From the NCBI GenBank assembly GCA_964016885.1, contig OZ024742.1:18972001-19036000 (forward strand): 64,000 nucleotides of DNA, written 5' to 3'. The stretch comes from Eledone cirrhosa. Lineage: Eukaryota. Of this stretch, positions 24,908 through 38,164 are shown piece by piece (position 1 is the first letter of the stretch; each line of letters starts with the position of its first letter). A program made the position numbers and the translations under genes. The notes beneath the pieces are model-generated. The model was not told the DNA's origin. It worked only from the letters and a program-made list of their open reading frames with translations, and made no database searches.

Positions 24908-26216
24908 ATGGGTAGAAATAACAAAATTGCCATGGTGATATCCATCGATGAAATATGCGACAAAACCGGCCGATGTCCCAAAATAGAACATTGCCCAGAA
25001 AATCACACCTGCCATATCTGTGCGGAACCCGAAAACTCGTTCCGTAATCGCTGGGTCGAATGTGGAACCTGCCGCATCTCTGTCTGCCTTCAATGCGCCA
25101 CAGGCTTCCGGAGGATCCCAGGCCAAAAAAAGAGACATCATAATGCTATGATGGATGGAATATGGGAGATGGTCCAGCTAAAATCCTGGTCCTTTCAGTG
25201 TCTGGCCTGTGTGCCTGCCTCCACTAATGTTATTAATGTTATTGAAAAACAACAACAACAACAACAACAAAAACCAATGACTGTGTCTTCCTCTACCATT
25301 GTTACTGAACAACGGCAAAAACCTATGACACTGGCTTCTACTGCTATTCCTGTGGGAGAACATCAGAAACAACAACAACCCATGTCTTCCACTCCCAGTA
25401 CATCTCGACACCAACAACTGGTGACTGTGTTTTCCCCTACCATTCCCGTGGAGGAACATCATCATCACCAACAACAACAACAGCAACAACCTGCGACTGT
25501 GTCCTCCCCTGCCATTCCCGTGGAGGAACATCATCATCACCAACAACGACAGCAGCAGCAGCAACAACAACAACAACAACAACCGACCAGTACAGATTTT
25601 GCGGAACTGCAACTAATGATTTCTGCTCTGAGAAGGGAAGTTGCGGGAATAGAGGCAAGCATTCGGGTAGGACCCCACAATGAGGGGTCTTATCGGAATG
25701 CCTTGCTAAAGAATCTCCCTGTACCTCTTGCTGAAAAGACTGAAAAGACTGCGGAATCTGCTACCCATGAAGTGATTGCCATTGGGGTACCAGACGACAA
25801 GGCTGATCTTCAGGCATTTGCTGCCAGCTCAGCCAAAGACCTAGGCTGTGTTCCCCCAAAGGGTGCCCTCCGCCTTGGTCGACCTGGTCCAAAACCCAGA
25901 CTCATCAGGCTGTCTTTCTCGGACCCCGCAGAGGCAACCTCATATCATCTGGCCTCTGCTAAAGCTGGGCCTTGAAAATCGGATTACCTTCCGAACACGC
26001 CCAGGCCTACCACCCCATGTACGTTCAAAACTACGTGCTGCAGCTTCCTTGAATCGGAACTCAGCACAAGATGAAAGTTTCAGTCTGCGTGATGATGGGC
26101 AGATCTGGAGGTTTGTCAAGGCTGGTGAAACGTGGAAGAGAGATACCAGCTGGTCTGAGTGTGATCTACCCACAATAACTGGCAATGTAAAAACTGCTAC
26201 AACTCTGGGAAACTAA
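24908..26216 (+). pseudogene. LINE ORF1 (PHD finger, Q/H-rich linker, coiled coil), frameshifted near 25950
   Basis: CHIC...WVECGTCRISVCLQC...FQCLAC, then polyQ, ELQLMISALRREVAGIE and RLGRPGPKPRLIRLSF. It continues in ORF 25848-26216. Confidence 0.8.
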
Positions 26217-26272
26217 ACCAGAACAACCTGCCACCCTCTACACACCATCATAAACTGCGAGCAGGGTACAAA

Positions 26273-29037
26273 TTGTTGTCCTTAAATGCTCGCAGTTTAT
26301 GCAACAAGATACATCTGTTCGAATCCTACGTCAGAAGCATCGACCCTGACTTCATCACAGTCACGGAAACATGGGCACATTCCTTACTCTGTGATGGGGT
26401 TTTCACCATTACTGGGTACAACCTTTTCCGCAAGGACCGCATTAACCGCCGTGGTGGTGGTGTGATGGTCTACGTTCGTTCAAACTTTTCGGTAATTCCT
26501 TGCGTTGATTTGAACGAATCACAGGAAGAAGTTTTTTTCTGTGACATACGTATGACCATGTCAACACTTCTGCTTGGTGTTGTTTATCGCCCCCCAAACT
26601 ACCATCAGGACACACAGCTTTGCGATATCCTCAGAGTTGCTGCCAAGAAAACAGCCACTTATGTGTTTATTTCAGGTGACTTCAATCATCCTGAGATCGA
26701 TTGGGAAACCTTTCGTTGGCCACAGGGTGCAAACGATTTCCTTGAACTAGTGCTGGACTCAAACTGGTCACAAGTAGTCACCTCTCCAACAAGAGGTGAC
26801 AACACTTTGGACCTGATCTTCACCACTACTCCTGAAGTGGTTATCAGTTGTACTACTGAGGAACCTCTAGGCGACTCTGATCCTGCTATGATCATTGCCA
26901 ATCTGGCACTTGAGGGCAGCAACAAAAACCAGAGCCATCTCCAATCTGCTTGCTTTGATTGGAAGAGGGCGGATTGGAACTTGTACTGCACTGAGCTACA
27001 GCGCCCAAACTGGCATGAGATGTATAACTCTGGAGATGTGAACTCTATACTCCAGAGCATCCTGGACTCAATATGGATAGCGTGTGCAGCATCAGTGCCA
27101 CGGAAGCGGAAAAATAACCACCCCAAAAGTGCAATCTGGGAAACTTCAGCGGTCCGACTTGCCAGGAAAGAACGTCGGAACGCTGAACGGGAATATAAAC
27201 TGCATAGATCAGATGCCAACAGAAAAAAGCGGAATAAATCTTCCAACCATCTCAAGCAAGTGACAAAGAAGGCAGTGCTTGAATTTGAACAGTGCATCGC
27301 AACCAATCCTGACAGTAAGGTGTTCTGGAAATATGTTCATTCAAAGCAGAGACCTCACTCTCCAGTTGGTCCTCTTCGCAATCCCCACACAAGCCAGATC
27401 ACTGACGATCCCAAGGAATGCGCAGAACTCATTGCTGAGTGCTATGCAAGTATTTTTGCTGTTGAAAACCAGAATGTACCATCTCCACCATCTCTAACAT
27501 CAAATTCCATAACAACTATGGAATTTACACCTGCAATGTTGCGACGTCACCTTAAGAATAAGCGCAACTATGCCTCCCCTGGTCTTGATGGTGTGACATA
27601 CCTGCTTCTCAAACGTGGCGGGGATTTCCTTTTGCGCCAGCTTTCTTTTTTCTTTCAATACTGTCTCAGCAATGGTGCTACTCCGGAGCAGTGGAAAACT
27701 GCCAGTGTCATTCCCCTGTTCAAAAAGGGCAACCGCATGTCACCTGTCAACTATCGTCCAGTCAGTCTTACTAGCTGTATGGCCAAACTGATGGAATCCT
27801 GTGTCAGAGAAACACTTTGGAACTTTGGAGCTCTCACAGCCTCATCCGGCCCTCACAGTTTTGATTTATCCCTAACTCCAGCTGCTGTGATCAGCTTATC
27901 GAGTTCCTTGAGGACATCACCCGGATCACTGACAGCGGCTCATGGGTGGATGTTGTTTACCTTGACTTTGCTAAGGCTTTTAATTCTGTGCCACACAAAA
28001 GACTTATGGCAAAACTCTCTGCAATGGGTGTGAGGGATGATCTTTTCGACTGGCTGAAATCCTTCATTCTCAGCCGAAAGGAAGTAGTCACAGTTCTAGG
28101 ACAGCATTCTTCACCATATGAGATGTCATCTGGTGTACCACAGGGATCTGTTCTTGGTCCTCTTTTGTTTGTGGCATATATTAATGACATAGATGCCAAC
28201 TTACAGAATGCCACGATACTAAAATATGCAGATGACATCAAGCTGTACCTTGAAATCAAAAGGACTGATCCTGAAATTTACAACTCTTTCCTACAATCAG
28301 ACCTGGACACAATGCAGCAATGGATCACAGACTTGCAACTGAAGCTGGCTGTGGACAAGTGTACCACCATGCATTTTGGAAGGAAAAATCCAGCGTCCAC
28401 ATACTCCCTCCACAACACTGACATCAAAAAGTCCTCTTGTGAACGTGACCTGGGCATTACTGTCAGCAACGATTTGCGTTGGACAAATCATGTCTCTAAG
28501 ATTGTCAAGAAGGCCGAGGGTGTCTTGGCATCACTCAGCAAGACCTTTGTTAGCCGCTCTCCAGCCATCTATTTAAAACTGTATACAGCTATGGTGCGAC
28601 CACACTTGGAATTCGCATCATCAGTCTGGAACCCCTATCTTGCTTGTAACATTGACCTCCTGGAAACTGTTCAGAGACGTGCAACCAAGCGCATACCCTC
28701 CATCAGACACCTACCATACTCTGAACGCCTTGCTTCCCTGGGCATGGATTCATTGAAGCTCCGACGTCTGGCAATGGACTTGGTGAATACCCACAAAGTT
28801 TTTAACCATCTCGCCAACTGCAACCCTGAGCGCCTCTTTGATCTCCATGTGTCTAACACACGTGGACATGCCTACAAGATAAGAAAACAGCACAGCTCCC
28901 ATGACTTTCGCAGACATTTTTTCACGCTCAGAGTTGCTGAAGCATGGAACAAACTGCCTGCGTCAATTGTTAGCTGCCGAGACACTGCATCCTTTAAGAC
29001 ACTCATGCTTCCCGAAATACGCCAAAACTACACCTGA
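26273..29037 (+). pseudogene. LINE ORF2 (AP endonuclease + reverse transcriptase), frameshift ~27825 and in-frame stop ~27862
   Basis: NARSL, VTETW, VVYRPP, GDFN, LDLIF, SD(H>P), NYRPVSLTS, YLDFAKAF, GVPQGSVLGPLLF, YADD. Confidence 0.93.
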
Positions 29038-29383
29038 TGTACCCCTTCCATACACATGCACACATGTGTGTATCATGACTCGTGCACTGTTCATTTTACT
29101 GATGTTTGTGCATTGCCCTATGTACTGTACATGCACTTTTTTGATGAGTTGTGGTGCACCTGGGCACTGTACACAATATTTCCTTATTGTTATTGTTATT
29201 ATATCATGACTCATACACTGTTCATTTTCCTGACATTTGTACATTATTCTATGTACTATACATGCACCTTTGATGAGTTGTAGTGCACCTGAGCACTGTA
29301 CACAATAATTTCATTATTATTATTATTATACCCTTAAAAAATGCAACCATTTCGTTGGAATCTCCATTTTTTAAGGGTATGTG

Positions 29384-29707
<324 letters not shown>

Positions 29708-29811
29708 CTAGTTTGTGTTAAGTTTATCACCGACACTTTAGTATGCAGGGTAGAGTATAGTTCACTTCAGATTATATTTATAACCTGTTGACTTGTACTT
29801 CATGATTGTAT

Positions 29812-29869
<58 letters not shown>

Positions 29870-29929
29870 CGATGCCCATACGAGTAAAACACTACTCGTC
29901 CTGTAGAAGCCATTTCTATATTAAATAAT

Positions 29930-30115
29930 TGTTTCTACTTTTGGCACAAGGCCACCAATTATCCCAGTGCATTACTGGTACTTTATTTTATCGACCCCAT
30001 AAGGATGAAAGGCAAAGTTAACCTCGGCAGGATTTGAACTCAGATCGTAAAAGGACGATACTATTCTAGAAAGCTGGGCGTCCAACCCTCTACCGAGTCT
30101 GCCAATTCACCGCCC
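29930..30115 (-). mobile_element. Full SINE family 1 copy with 17-bp target-site duplication
   Basis: Head ggcggtgaattggcagac...gagttcaaatcc. The TSD tttctatattaaataat is at 29913-29929 and 30116-30132. Confidence 0.9.
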
Positions 30116-30723
30116 TTTCTATATTAAATAATGATGTTCGCACTCTACTAATGTATTGAGCACCTTATTTACTGTGGTTAGCCTGATTTATCTCTCTCCC
30201 TCACTATATATATATATGTGTGTGTGTGTCTGTGTGTGTGTGGAGAGAGAGAGAGAGAAAGAGAAAGCGAAAGAAAGAGAGAGATAAAGAGACATTCGTA
30301 CAATCAGAGAAGTATTCAGTAGTTTTTATGGTGACAACTTCAGCGCCTTTGTATCTGACGCTGTGACAGTTGACTCTCACATGATGCAACATCTGTTGGC
30401 GGCAGCTTTCCATATTACATCTAATCTAACATTATATCTTGCCTAGTCTAAATGACCTGACCTCGCTGGTACTGTTATTTATACTTATGTATTCTTTTTC
30501 AGGTCATATGAGTGATTTGATTCCATCATCCATGTACACATGAACATGCTCATCACATAAACAAATATAAGGTTTACAATTTTTATGTATGTGTTAACAT
30601 ACATGTGAATCAGTGAGTGTATATAATTATATGTCAATCGATTGTTATATACATGCGTATATCAGTTAATGTATGTATACATATACACCCAAGAGATTCG
30701 GGCATAAAGACAATATATTAATA

Positions 30724-30913
30724 TTGTTTCTACTTTAGGCACAAGGCCAGCAATTACCCCAGTGTATTACTGGTACTTTATTTTATCGACCCCGTAAGGA
30801 TGAAAGGCAAAGTTAACCTCGGCGGGATTTGAACTCAAAATGGCAAGGGCCGTAACTCTATGCTAGAAAGCATGGCGTCCGACCCTCTACCGATACTGCT
30901 AATCCACCGCCCT
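30724..30913 (-). mobile_element. SINE family 1
   Basis: Near full copy, highly similar to 36581-36762. Confidence 0.88.
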
Positions 30914-31079
30914 TTGATAGTAAATACAGAATAATGTAAATGCTAAAGGGTTAGCCATTTTGATGGAGCCGTAATTGCTGGTAGACTTGTAGGAGTAGAA
31001 TAGCGACATATGGTGTGTCCTGGGTATTGTACCTGGTGGAACCAATACCCGCTTCAGGACTGAACACAGCGGATTTCCT

Positions 31080-31465
31080 GAAGAGAAGGAGAGGGAGTGA
31101 GTAAGAAAGGGAGGGGGAGGAGGGGGAGTGAGAAAGAAAGAAGAGGAGGAAGGAGAGGGAAGGAGAAAGAGAGGAGGGGGATGGAGAGGGAGGGAGCAAT
31201 AGAGGGATGGGGAAGGAGAGGGAATGATAGAGAGAGGGAGGGGGAGGAGAGTGATGGAGGAGGAGGGTGAGCGAGAAAGAGGAGGAGGGGTGGAGGAGGA
31301 GGAAGGAGAGGGAAGGAGAAAAAGAGTGAGTGAGAAAGAGAGGGGGGGAGTGAGATAGAGAGAAAGGGGGAAGGAGAGGGAGTGAGATAGAGAGGGAGGG
31401 GGGAATGAGATGGAATGAGAAAGAGAGGGAGGGGGAAGGAGAGGGAGAGGAAGGAGGGCGAGTGA
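31080..31465. repeat. Polypurine (GA/GGA) low-complexity tract
   Basis: About 385 bp of almost pure A/G. Confidence 0.9.
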
Positions 31466-31544
31466 GAACAGACTTCGAATGAAATAAACTGCATTCCAAT
31501 TAATCAATGAAGAAATTAGAGTGATTTACTAAAATTATTAATCA

Positions 31545-32207
31545 CTAGCTGGACTCGTGAAAAAATTCACGGATAATCCCCTCTCTATATATTATAACCC
31601 CCTCTCTCTAAATATATTAAACCCCCGTCTCTATATATATAAACTCATCCCTTTCTCTATTAAAACCACCCTCTCTATATATTATAACACCCCTCTCTTT
31701 CTATATATATATTTAACCTTCTCTCTCCTTATTAAATTTATCCCTCCTTTCTCTATATTATAAGCCCCTCTCTCTATATTATAACTCCCTTCTCTCTATA
31801 TATATTATAACCATCCCTTTCTCTATATTATAAACCCCTCTCTTTAAATATAGTATAACTCCCTCTCTCTCTATATATATTATAACCCCCTCTCTCTCTA
31901 TATATATATATTAACCCATCCCCTTTCTCTATATTATAGCCCCCTCTCTCTAAATATATTATAACCCCCCTCTCTCTCTATATATATATAATAACCCATC
32001 CCTTTCTCTATATTATAGCCCCCTCTCTCTAAATATATTATAACCCCTCTCTCTTTCCTAACCAAACGTTGCAACGCTCTTTGATTTTCTTTGGCCGTAG
32101 ATTGTCGTAGATTGTTTACCATTCCACTTCCATTGTTTTACTGAAAGCGTGACATACACGGTTGGACGTACGTACGGTACGTAGGTATAAGCGTATTAAT
32201 ATATAGA
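31545..32207 (-). mobile_element. Non-autonomous Helitron-like element with internal degenerate minisatellite
   Basis: The minus strand starts A|TCTATATATTAATA and ends with the hairpin cgtgaattttttcacg followed by ...CTAG|T. The interior is a degenerate ataacccctctctctatatatt repeat. Confidence 0.7.
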
Positions 32208-32679
32208 TTTTCTTATTAAAATGGTATTTAAAAGGAATGAATAAAGAATGTTTAAATCCCATTCATATGATTGAATGTCTGGAATCTCAGGCCTAACAGC
32301 CCCCTCCTCGACACACTGAGCTATTCCTTATTTGGTCATACTCATTTCTAGATTTAACTCACTCTGCACAGATACTCAGATAACGAGGGTTGTCTTTCTT
32401 CTAGACTAGCTGCCTTCCAGATCACCCGAGCCCGGACCCCCTGTACAGTCATCTTTCTTCTAGACTAGCTGTCTTCCAGATCTCCCCAGTCCGGACCATC
32501 CGCACAATCAGGCCTGCTGTTAAACCGCCAAAATATTATATCAAATTATGGTGAAAAATTTTAATTTAAATAGAAACCCTTTTGTTTTATAGAACCAGAG
32601 TTAGTTTCGGGAGGTTGGTATAAAACGTATTAAACTTTCCTAATAAAACCACCTTCATTTCTCGTTGTACAGTTCCCAT

Positions 32680-33230
32680 GTTAATTACTAATACAATGCT
32701 TAATTAGTATCTCGAACGTTAATTGCTAATGTACTAATGCAATGATTTATTAGTTACTTAGCAATAGAAAACGTAATTACCAACACAATGTTTAATTAGT
32801 AAAACAATGATTAGTTAGTAACACAAATGTTAATTAGTAACTCCAAAGTTCATTAGTAATATAAAAATATTAAGTAACACAAAGTAATTAGTAAAATAAA
32901 TGTTAATTACTAACAAGAAAGTTTATTACAAAACCAACGGTTAATTAGTACCAAAAGTTAATTAGCAAAAGAAAAATTACTAAAGCAAAAGCTAATTTTT
33001 TACACAAAATTTAATTAGCAACTCAAAAAATAATTACGAACGTAATGTTTGATTAGTAATACAAAGTAATTAGTAACAAAGTAATTAGTAACGCAAGGCA
33101 ATAATAAGTAACACAAAGTTATTAACAATACAAAGTAATTAGTAACGTAAGGTAACTGGCAACATAAGATAATTGGCAACGTAAGCTGATAATTAGTAAT
33201 AATTAGTAACATAAAAGGGAATTAATAATT
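32680..33230. repeat. Degenerate AT-rich (aattagtaa-based) tandem repeat
   Basis: Recurrent taattagtaa..caaag units. Confidence 0.75.
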
Positions 33231-33300
33231 AGGATTGGGTTTGCGAAATTGATAAGAAATAAGCGGGAAAGGAAAGATAATGGAGGGATTTTGAAATATA

Positions 33301-33446
33301 ATTGTTTCTACTTAAGGCACAAGGCCAGCAATTAACCATAGATTACTGGTACTTTATTTTATCGACTCCGTAAGGATGAAAGGCAAAGTTAACTTCGGCG
33401 GGATTTGAACTCAGACTGTAAAGGGACGTAACTATGCTAGAAAGCA
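33301..33446 (-). mobile_element. SINE family 1, 5'-truncated
   Basis: Same consensus as the other family 1 copies. Another partial copy is at 34350-34492. Confidence 0.82.
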
Positions 33447-33551
33447 TATGGAATTTGAAATATAATGAAACATTTGAATATAGGATGAAGTAGATTATAA
33501 GGAAAATATAGAGAATAGGAGAAATCTAGGTTAGACATAGGTTATCATGTG

Positions 33552-33885
33552 GAGGGGCATGGCTTAGTGGTTCGACCGTTAGGCTTACACTCGTGGAGTT
33601 GTGAGTTCGAATACTAGATCAAGTGGTGTATTGTGTCCTTTAGCAAAACACTTTATTCCACGTTGATCCAACTCACTCAACTGGGAAAACTGAGTAGCGA
33701 CATCACTGATGCTAAACTGTATTGGCTTTCTCTTGGACAATAATGGTGATGTAGAGAGTGCAGACTGGTATGTATGTGAGTCTGATGGTCATTCATAAAC
33801 AATCTTGCCCCGGACTTGTGTCTCAGAGGGGAATTTTCTAGGTGCAAATCTCGTGGTCATTCGTGACCGAAAGGGGCCGTTTTTT
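33552..33885 (+). mobile_element. SINE family 2, full length
   Basis: A box catggcttagtgg, B box gagttcgaatac, and core gtgtcctttagcaaaacacttta. Confidence 0.78.
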
Positions 33886-34527
33886 CTTTATAGGGTTAGA
33901 GATATATTGATAAAGTTGGGAGATTGTAAAAGATAATTCTAAATAGTAGATGGGGCTACCTCCCTTTCACTACCATAGGCGCTGAACTGGCCAGCCACAG
34001 GTGTGAGCCTCGTGAGCCGGGGAAACGCCTTCTCCATTCTGTCTGCCGGGGCTGTGGGGAGACAAGCCGATCATATTACGAATTCTATTGAATAGTCTTA
34101 AATACGATTATTAAAAACTGTTGTTAATTATAACGTTTAGATTAAATAAAGGGAAGAAAGATGATGGAGAATAATTCGAAGAGATTATATTTGATAACAG
34201 TAGTGAAATTGAAGAGTTAAAAACAAAGATTGGAAAATAATATTTTAGCTGAGATAGGTTGAGTTAGAGTAAATATAAACATTATTACCATGATGTTCAT
34301 GGACAAGCATTTAATAGGCGCAATTTAGTGTCTTTTGATTTAGATTAAATCGACCCCAGTGTGTTACTGGTACTTTATTTTATCGACCCCGTAAAGATGA
34401 AAGGTAAAGCTAAACTCAGCGGGATTTGAACTCAGAACGTCAGAGCCGTAACTCCATGCAAAAAAAAGAAAAAAAACGCATGTCCGACGCCCTTATATAA
34501 CCATCGTAATATAATAGAGAAAATTTA

Positions 34528-35736
34528 TCTATATATATAAAACTGAGGTTGTCTGTCTGTCTATCGATTTTTGGCACACATCTCCTCTTAGAATCTCTCA
34601 CGGAATTGCACCGAAATTGCTATACTTGTACATTGAGCCCTAGCGAAGACATCGGAAAAAAAATATTTCAAATTGACCCGCCCTATCTGACGAAATCGAA
34701 TATAATGTATCGATTTTTGAGCGTAAGTGATCAGTTATTTCCCTTTGTTCTGTTTACATTCAGCGTAGCGTCTTACGTTCTGTTTACATTTTCTGCGTGC
34801 AAAAATTAAAAAAATTACGCTGGCAAAAATTAAAAAAATTACGCTGGCTTTCTCAGCGTTTAAAATGACATTAACACAATACACGAACAGTTGTCGAGCC
34901 AGCAAAATTTTGACCTGCAAAATTCATCAGTTCGAACACTAAGCTTCCGTTTTGCTTCATTTCCATTTAAAAGCCTTTTAAAACAATATTTTTACTTGAA
35001 AACAAGTCTATTTAAAGACTACGTAAAACAAGCAAATATTTCGTAAAAAAAAGCAAAAATTATATAAGTTTATTTAAAATATATGTATCTGTAAATTTCG
35101 TTAGGCGTGCAGACAGACAGTCGTGCAGACAGACAGTCGTGCAGAGAGGTGATATAGGCGTGCAGACAGATAGTCGTGCAGAGAGGTGATATAGGCGTGC
35201 AGACAGATAGTCGTGCAGAGAGGTGATATAGGCGTGCAGACAGACAGTCGTGCAGAGAGGTGATATAGGCGTGCAGACAGACAGTCGTGCAGAGAGTTGA
35301 TATAGGCGTGCAGACAGACAGTCGTGCAGAGAGGTGATATAGGCGTGCAGACAGACAGTCGTGCAGAGAGGTGATATAGGCGTGCAGACAGACAGTCGTG
35401 CAGAGAGGTGATATAGGCGTGCAGACAGACATAACTGATAATTTGGTTACGCTAATGTTTTTCTCTGCGTTGCAGTGTTTACATTTTCGATCTTTGTTAA
35501 TAAATAACCAGTGCAGTTTTTATCCCCAGCATCCTCTTTTGTTATAACATTGGGGTTATCGTTATGTTTTCTTAACTTCATAAGGCATATTGTTGGTTGA
35601 GGGAATATTAATCAAAAACACCACATGCAAGTCTGCACAGTAGACACTACAGTTTTTAAGCCAAAAAAGAAACTTAACATTGTAACTTTAACACAGCTAC
35701 TGAGCGACCCCGAGCAACGCCGGGCTTTACTGCTAG
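34528..35736 (+). mobile_element. Non-autonomous Helitron with internal 37-bp minisatellite
   Basis: The 5' end is A|TCTATATATATAAAACTG followed by (GTCT)n. The 3' end has the hairpin cccgagcaacgccggg and then CTAG|T. There is no TSD. Confidence 0.85.
35102..35431. repeat. 37-bp minisatellite (~8.5 copies)
   Basis: Unit taggcgtgcagacagacagtcgtgcagagaggtgata, highly homogeneous. Confidence 0.95.
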
Positions 35737-35769
35737 TATTTATATATATTTGGAAATTTGACGTTATAA

Positions 35770-35950
35770 TAATTGTTTCTACTTTTGACACAAGGCCAGT
35801 AATTATCCCAGTGTATTACTGGTACTTTATTTTATCGGCCCAGTAAGGATGAAATGTAAAGTTAACCTCGGTGGGATTTGAACTCAGACCGTAAAGGGAA
35901 GTAACTCAATGCTGGAAAGCATCGCGTCCGACCCTCTACCTATACTGCCA
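35770..35950 (-). mobile_element. SINE family 1
   Basis: Matches the family 1 consensus. A more diverged copy is at 36330-36512. Confidence 0.85.
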
Positions 35951-35997
35951 TCTGATTTAGAAACAAAGCCAACAGTCATAAGGATAATAATAGTAAT

Positions 35998-36320
35998 AAT
36001 AGTATATCAATCAAAGAGATTGAGAAATTATCCAAATATAAAGATCTGGAGATAGAAATAACCCGAATGTAGATAATGAAGATAGAAACAATACCTATAA
36101 TAATAGGTGCTATGGGGATGACAACAAACATACACAGACATATACATAACCCCAGGCCCAAAACGTACAGAAAATAGCACTACCAGGTACTGTACACGAA
36201 GAGTACTCCCAATATCGTAGAAACTACACCAAATACAACACTGCACGTACCCAAGGCACACAGAGCTGTGCTCGGTAATGCAGTAACTACAAGCAAAAAT
36301 AGGACTAATGGTAATACTAA
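35998..36320 (+). mobile_element. R4/Dong-like LINE 3' fragment (restriction-like endonuclease end)
   Basis: SIKEIEKLSKYKDLEIEITRM*IMKIETIPIIIGAMG...QKIALPGTVH, sitting in a (TAA)n-like context. Confidence 0.75.
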
Positions 36321-36580
36321 TTCTTTTTAAATTGAAACAAAGTCAACAATTTTAGGGAAGTAGAAAATGGATTATACCAATATCAATAATTTACTGCTAC
36401 TATATTTTATCGAACATGAAGGCAAAGTTGACCTCGGTGGGATTTGAAACCAAGATGAAATCCTGCAATATATTTCATCCGACATTCTAACAAGTCTACC
36501 AACTCACTGCTCTAATCGTATATTATGAACCAAACGATCTGTAAGGCACCTCTATTCATCAACACACAGTTTTCAACTAT

Positions 36581-36762
36581 TGGCAGTATCGGTAGAGGGT
36601 CGGACGCCATGCTTTGTAGCATAGAGTTACGTCAATTTACGCTCTGAGTTCAAATCCCGCCGAGGCTAACTTTGCCTTTCATCCTTACGTGGTCGATAAA
36701 ATAAAGTACCAGTAATGCACTGGGTGATTGCTGGCCTTGTGCCAAAAGTAGAAACAATTATT
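36581..36762 (+). mobile_element. SINE family 1
   Basis: tggcagtatcggtagagggtcgg...gagttcaaatcccgcc...aaataaagtaccagt...agaaacaattatt. Confidence 0.88.
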
Positions 36763-36899
36763 TTAAATATCTAATATTGTGAAACAGACTCAATATTAAA
36801 CATGATAGGAAGATTATTTGACCTCCGTCGATTCCGACGAAGATTGAGTGGTTTGACAAATGCAACAGTCTCTCATGAAATTAACGTGCAAGTGACTGA

Positions 36900-37092
36900 G
36901 CATTCCCAACTTATGCACTCTGTACGTAATTCTCAGTTCGTGAGGTGTGTAACAAGGCTTGCCTTTTTAATTAGCTCCGTCTGAGTGGAATGGGGCAACG
37001 TGAAATCTAGTGACTTGGTGAAGGACAAAAATCGTCGTCGCTATTCGAAATGATGTCCTTACGATCGTGAGCCGAACACCTCAGAGCCACAC
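36900..37092 (-). mobile_element. SINE family 2 (diverged)
   Basis: gggcaacgtgaaat...gacttggtgaaggacaaaa...cttacgatcgtgagccgaacacc. Confidence 0.55.
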
Positions 37093-38164
37093 ACATTCAC
37101 ATAGGAAGATATAGGTTTTAACACCGGATACATTAGTAATGTTAATCAGATCCTACTTAAGTTATAAATGGTTGGTTGGCATATATTTGTGGAATGTTTC
37201 TCAATGGCAGACATGAATCTCTTGATGTGAAATGAAGCATAACGCATAAAATATGCATTTGCAATGGTTTATCTAAGTAAAATCGCAAATAATGAAGCTG
37301 AAATGTTTGAAATGAATCTAAATATTTTATGTGGAAAATAATTCGATGTTGCAGCGATAAATGAATGCGTTAGATACCACAATAGTTCGGTAACGGTGAT
37401 AAATTAATTCTGCAACAGATGACAAATAAAAAAAAATGCTTCTACTTCTCAAAGCCTAAAAGCAAATATCGTAATGCACTGAATAGTCGATATCTTTTGT
37501 TCTCATCATTCCCTATTCTCTACATGAATTCCTCTATTTCCTGTATTAGAGAAGAATAGAAAGTATATAGTTTTATAATATTTTTTTTTTTTTTTTATCC
37601 AATAAAATAACTGCTATGAGGAGTAACAACATTTATTTTTAATTTTGATAAATGCCTCCTAGAAATACAAAGAACAGTGGGATGTGTTATGTTGATAATA
37701 TATTAACATTACTATGATATATAATCAATTAACTGAACGTAAACAATTATTGTACCAGTTAAAATAGATGTTAGGTGGAAAGAGTAGGTTGGAAACTCAT
37801 ATAACACAGAATTATACTATAGATTTGCACGTCAGAGAAGTAGAGCAGATGAACGGGGCCGAGGAGCTGGGTCTGACAACATTTCATTGACGAACTCATG
37901 CTGTTACCGATGGACACTACATATACACATACCTTCATACACATGATGAAACTGTTAATAGTGTTTTCATGTAAATCCACCACCCTTTTAGTTTTCAACA
38001 AATCACGGATACTACAAACCATCAATCAGAAAATATTGCATGTAAACTTTCACAATTTTAAAACAAGCTTTCCCTGCTTGAATTGAGTAAATCTTATTAA
38101 ACACCTCAACTTCATTTCCAGTGTCACTCTCTATATTCCACACTACTCAATAATTAACATTAGC

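Larger units (their letters stand above)
24720..29330 (+). mobile_element. Near full-length CR1-clade LINE
   Basis: ORF1 with PHD finger, ORF2 with APE and RT, a C-terminal RGHAYKI...RRHFFTLRVAEAWNKLP typical of CR1, a duplicated 3' UTR segment and a (TTA)n tail at ~29313-29330. The 5' boundary is approximate. Confidence 0.92.

Noticed and set aside
30899-31507. Pro/Ser/Leu-rich ORFs
   Set aside because: Translation of a polypurine/polypyrimidine tract.
34685-34935. CUGACGA and CUGAUGA followed by hairpins inside the Helitron
   Set aside because: No GAAA follows the stems.
35070-35432. Repeat array as possible CRISPR or repeat protein
   Set aside because: The units are contiguous with no unique spacers, the context is eukaryotic, and 37 bp is not a multiple of 3.
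37790-37920. GC-richer patch as a possible isolated exon (similarly 30503-30571 and 52165-52275)
   Set aside because: There is no recognisable peptide or consistent splice and frame support without RNA data.
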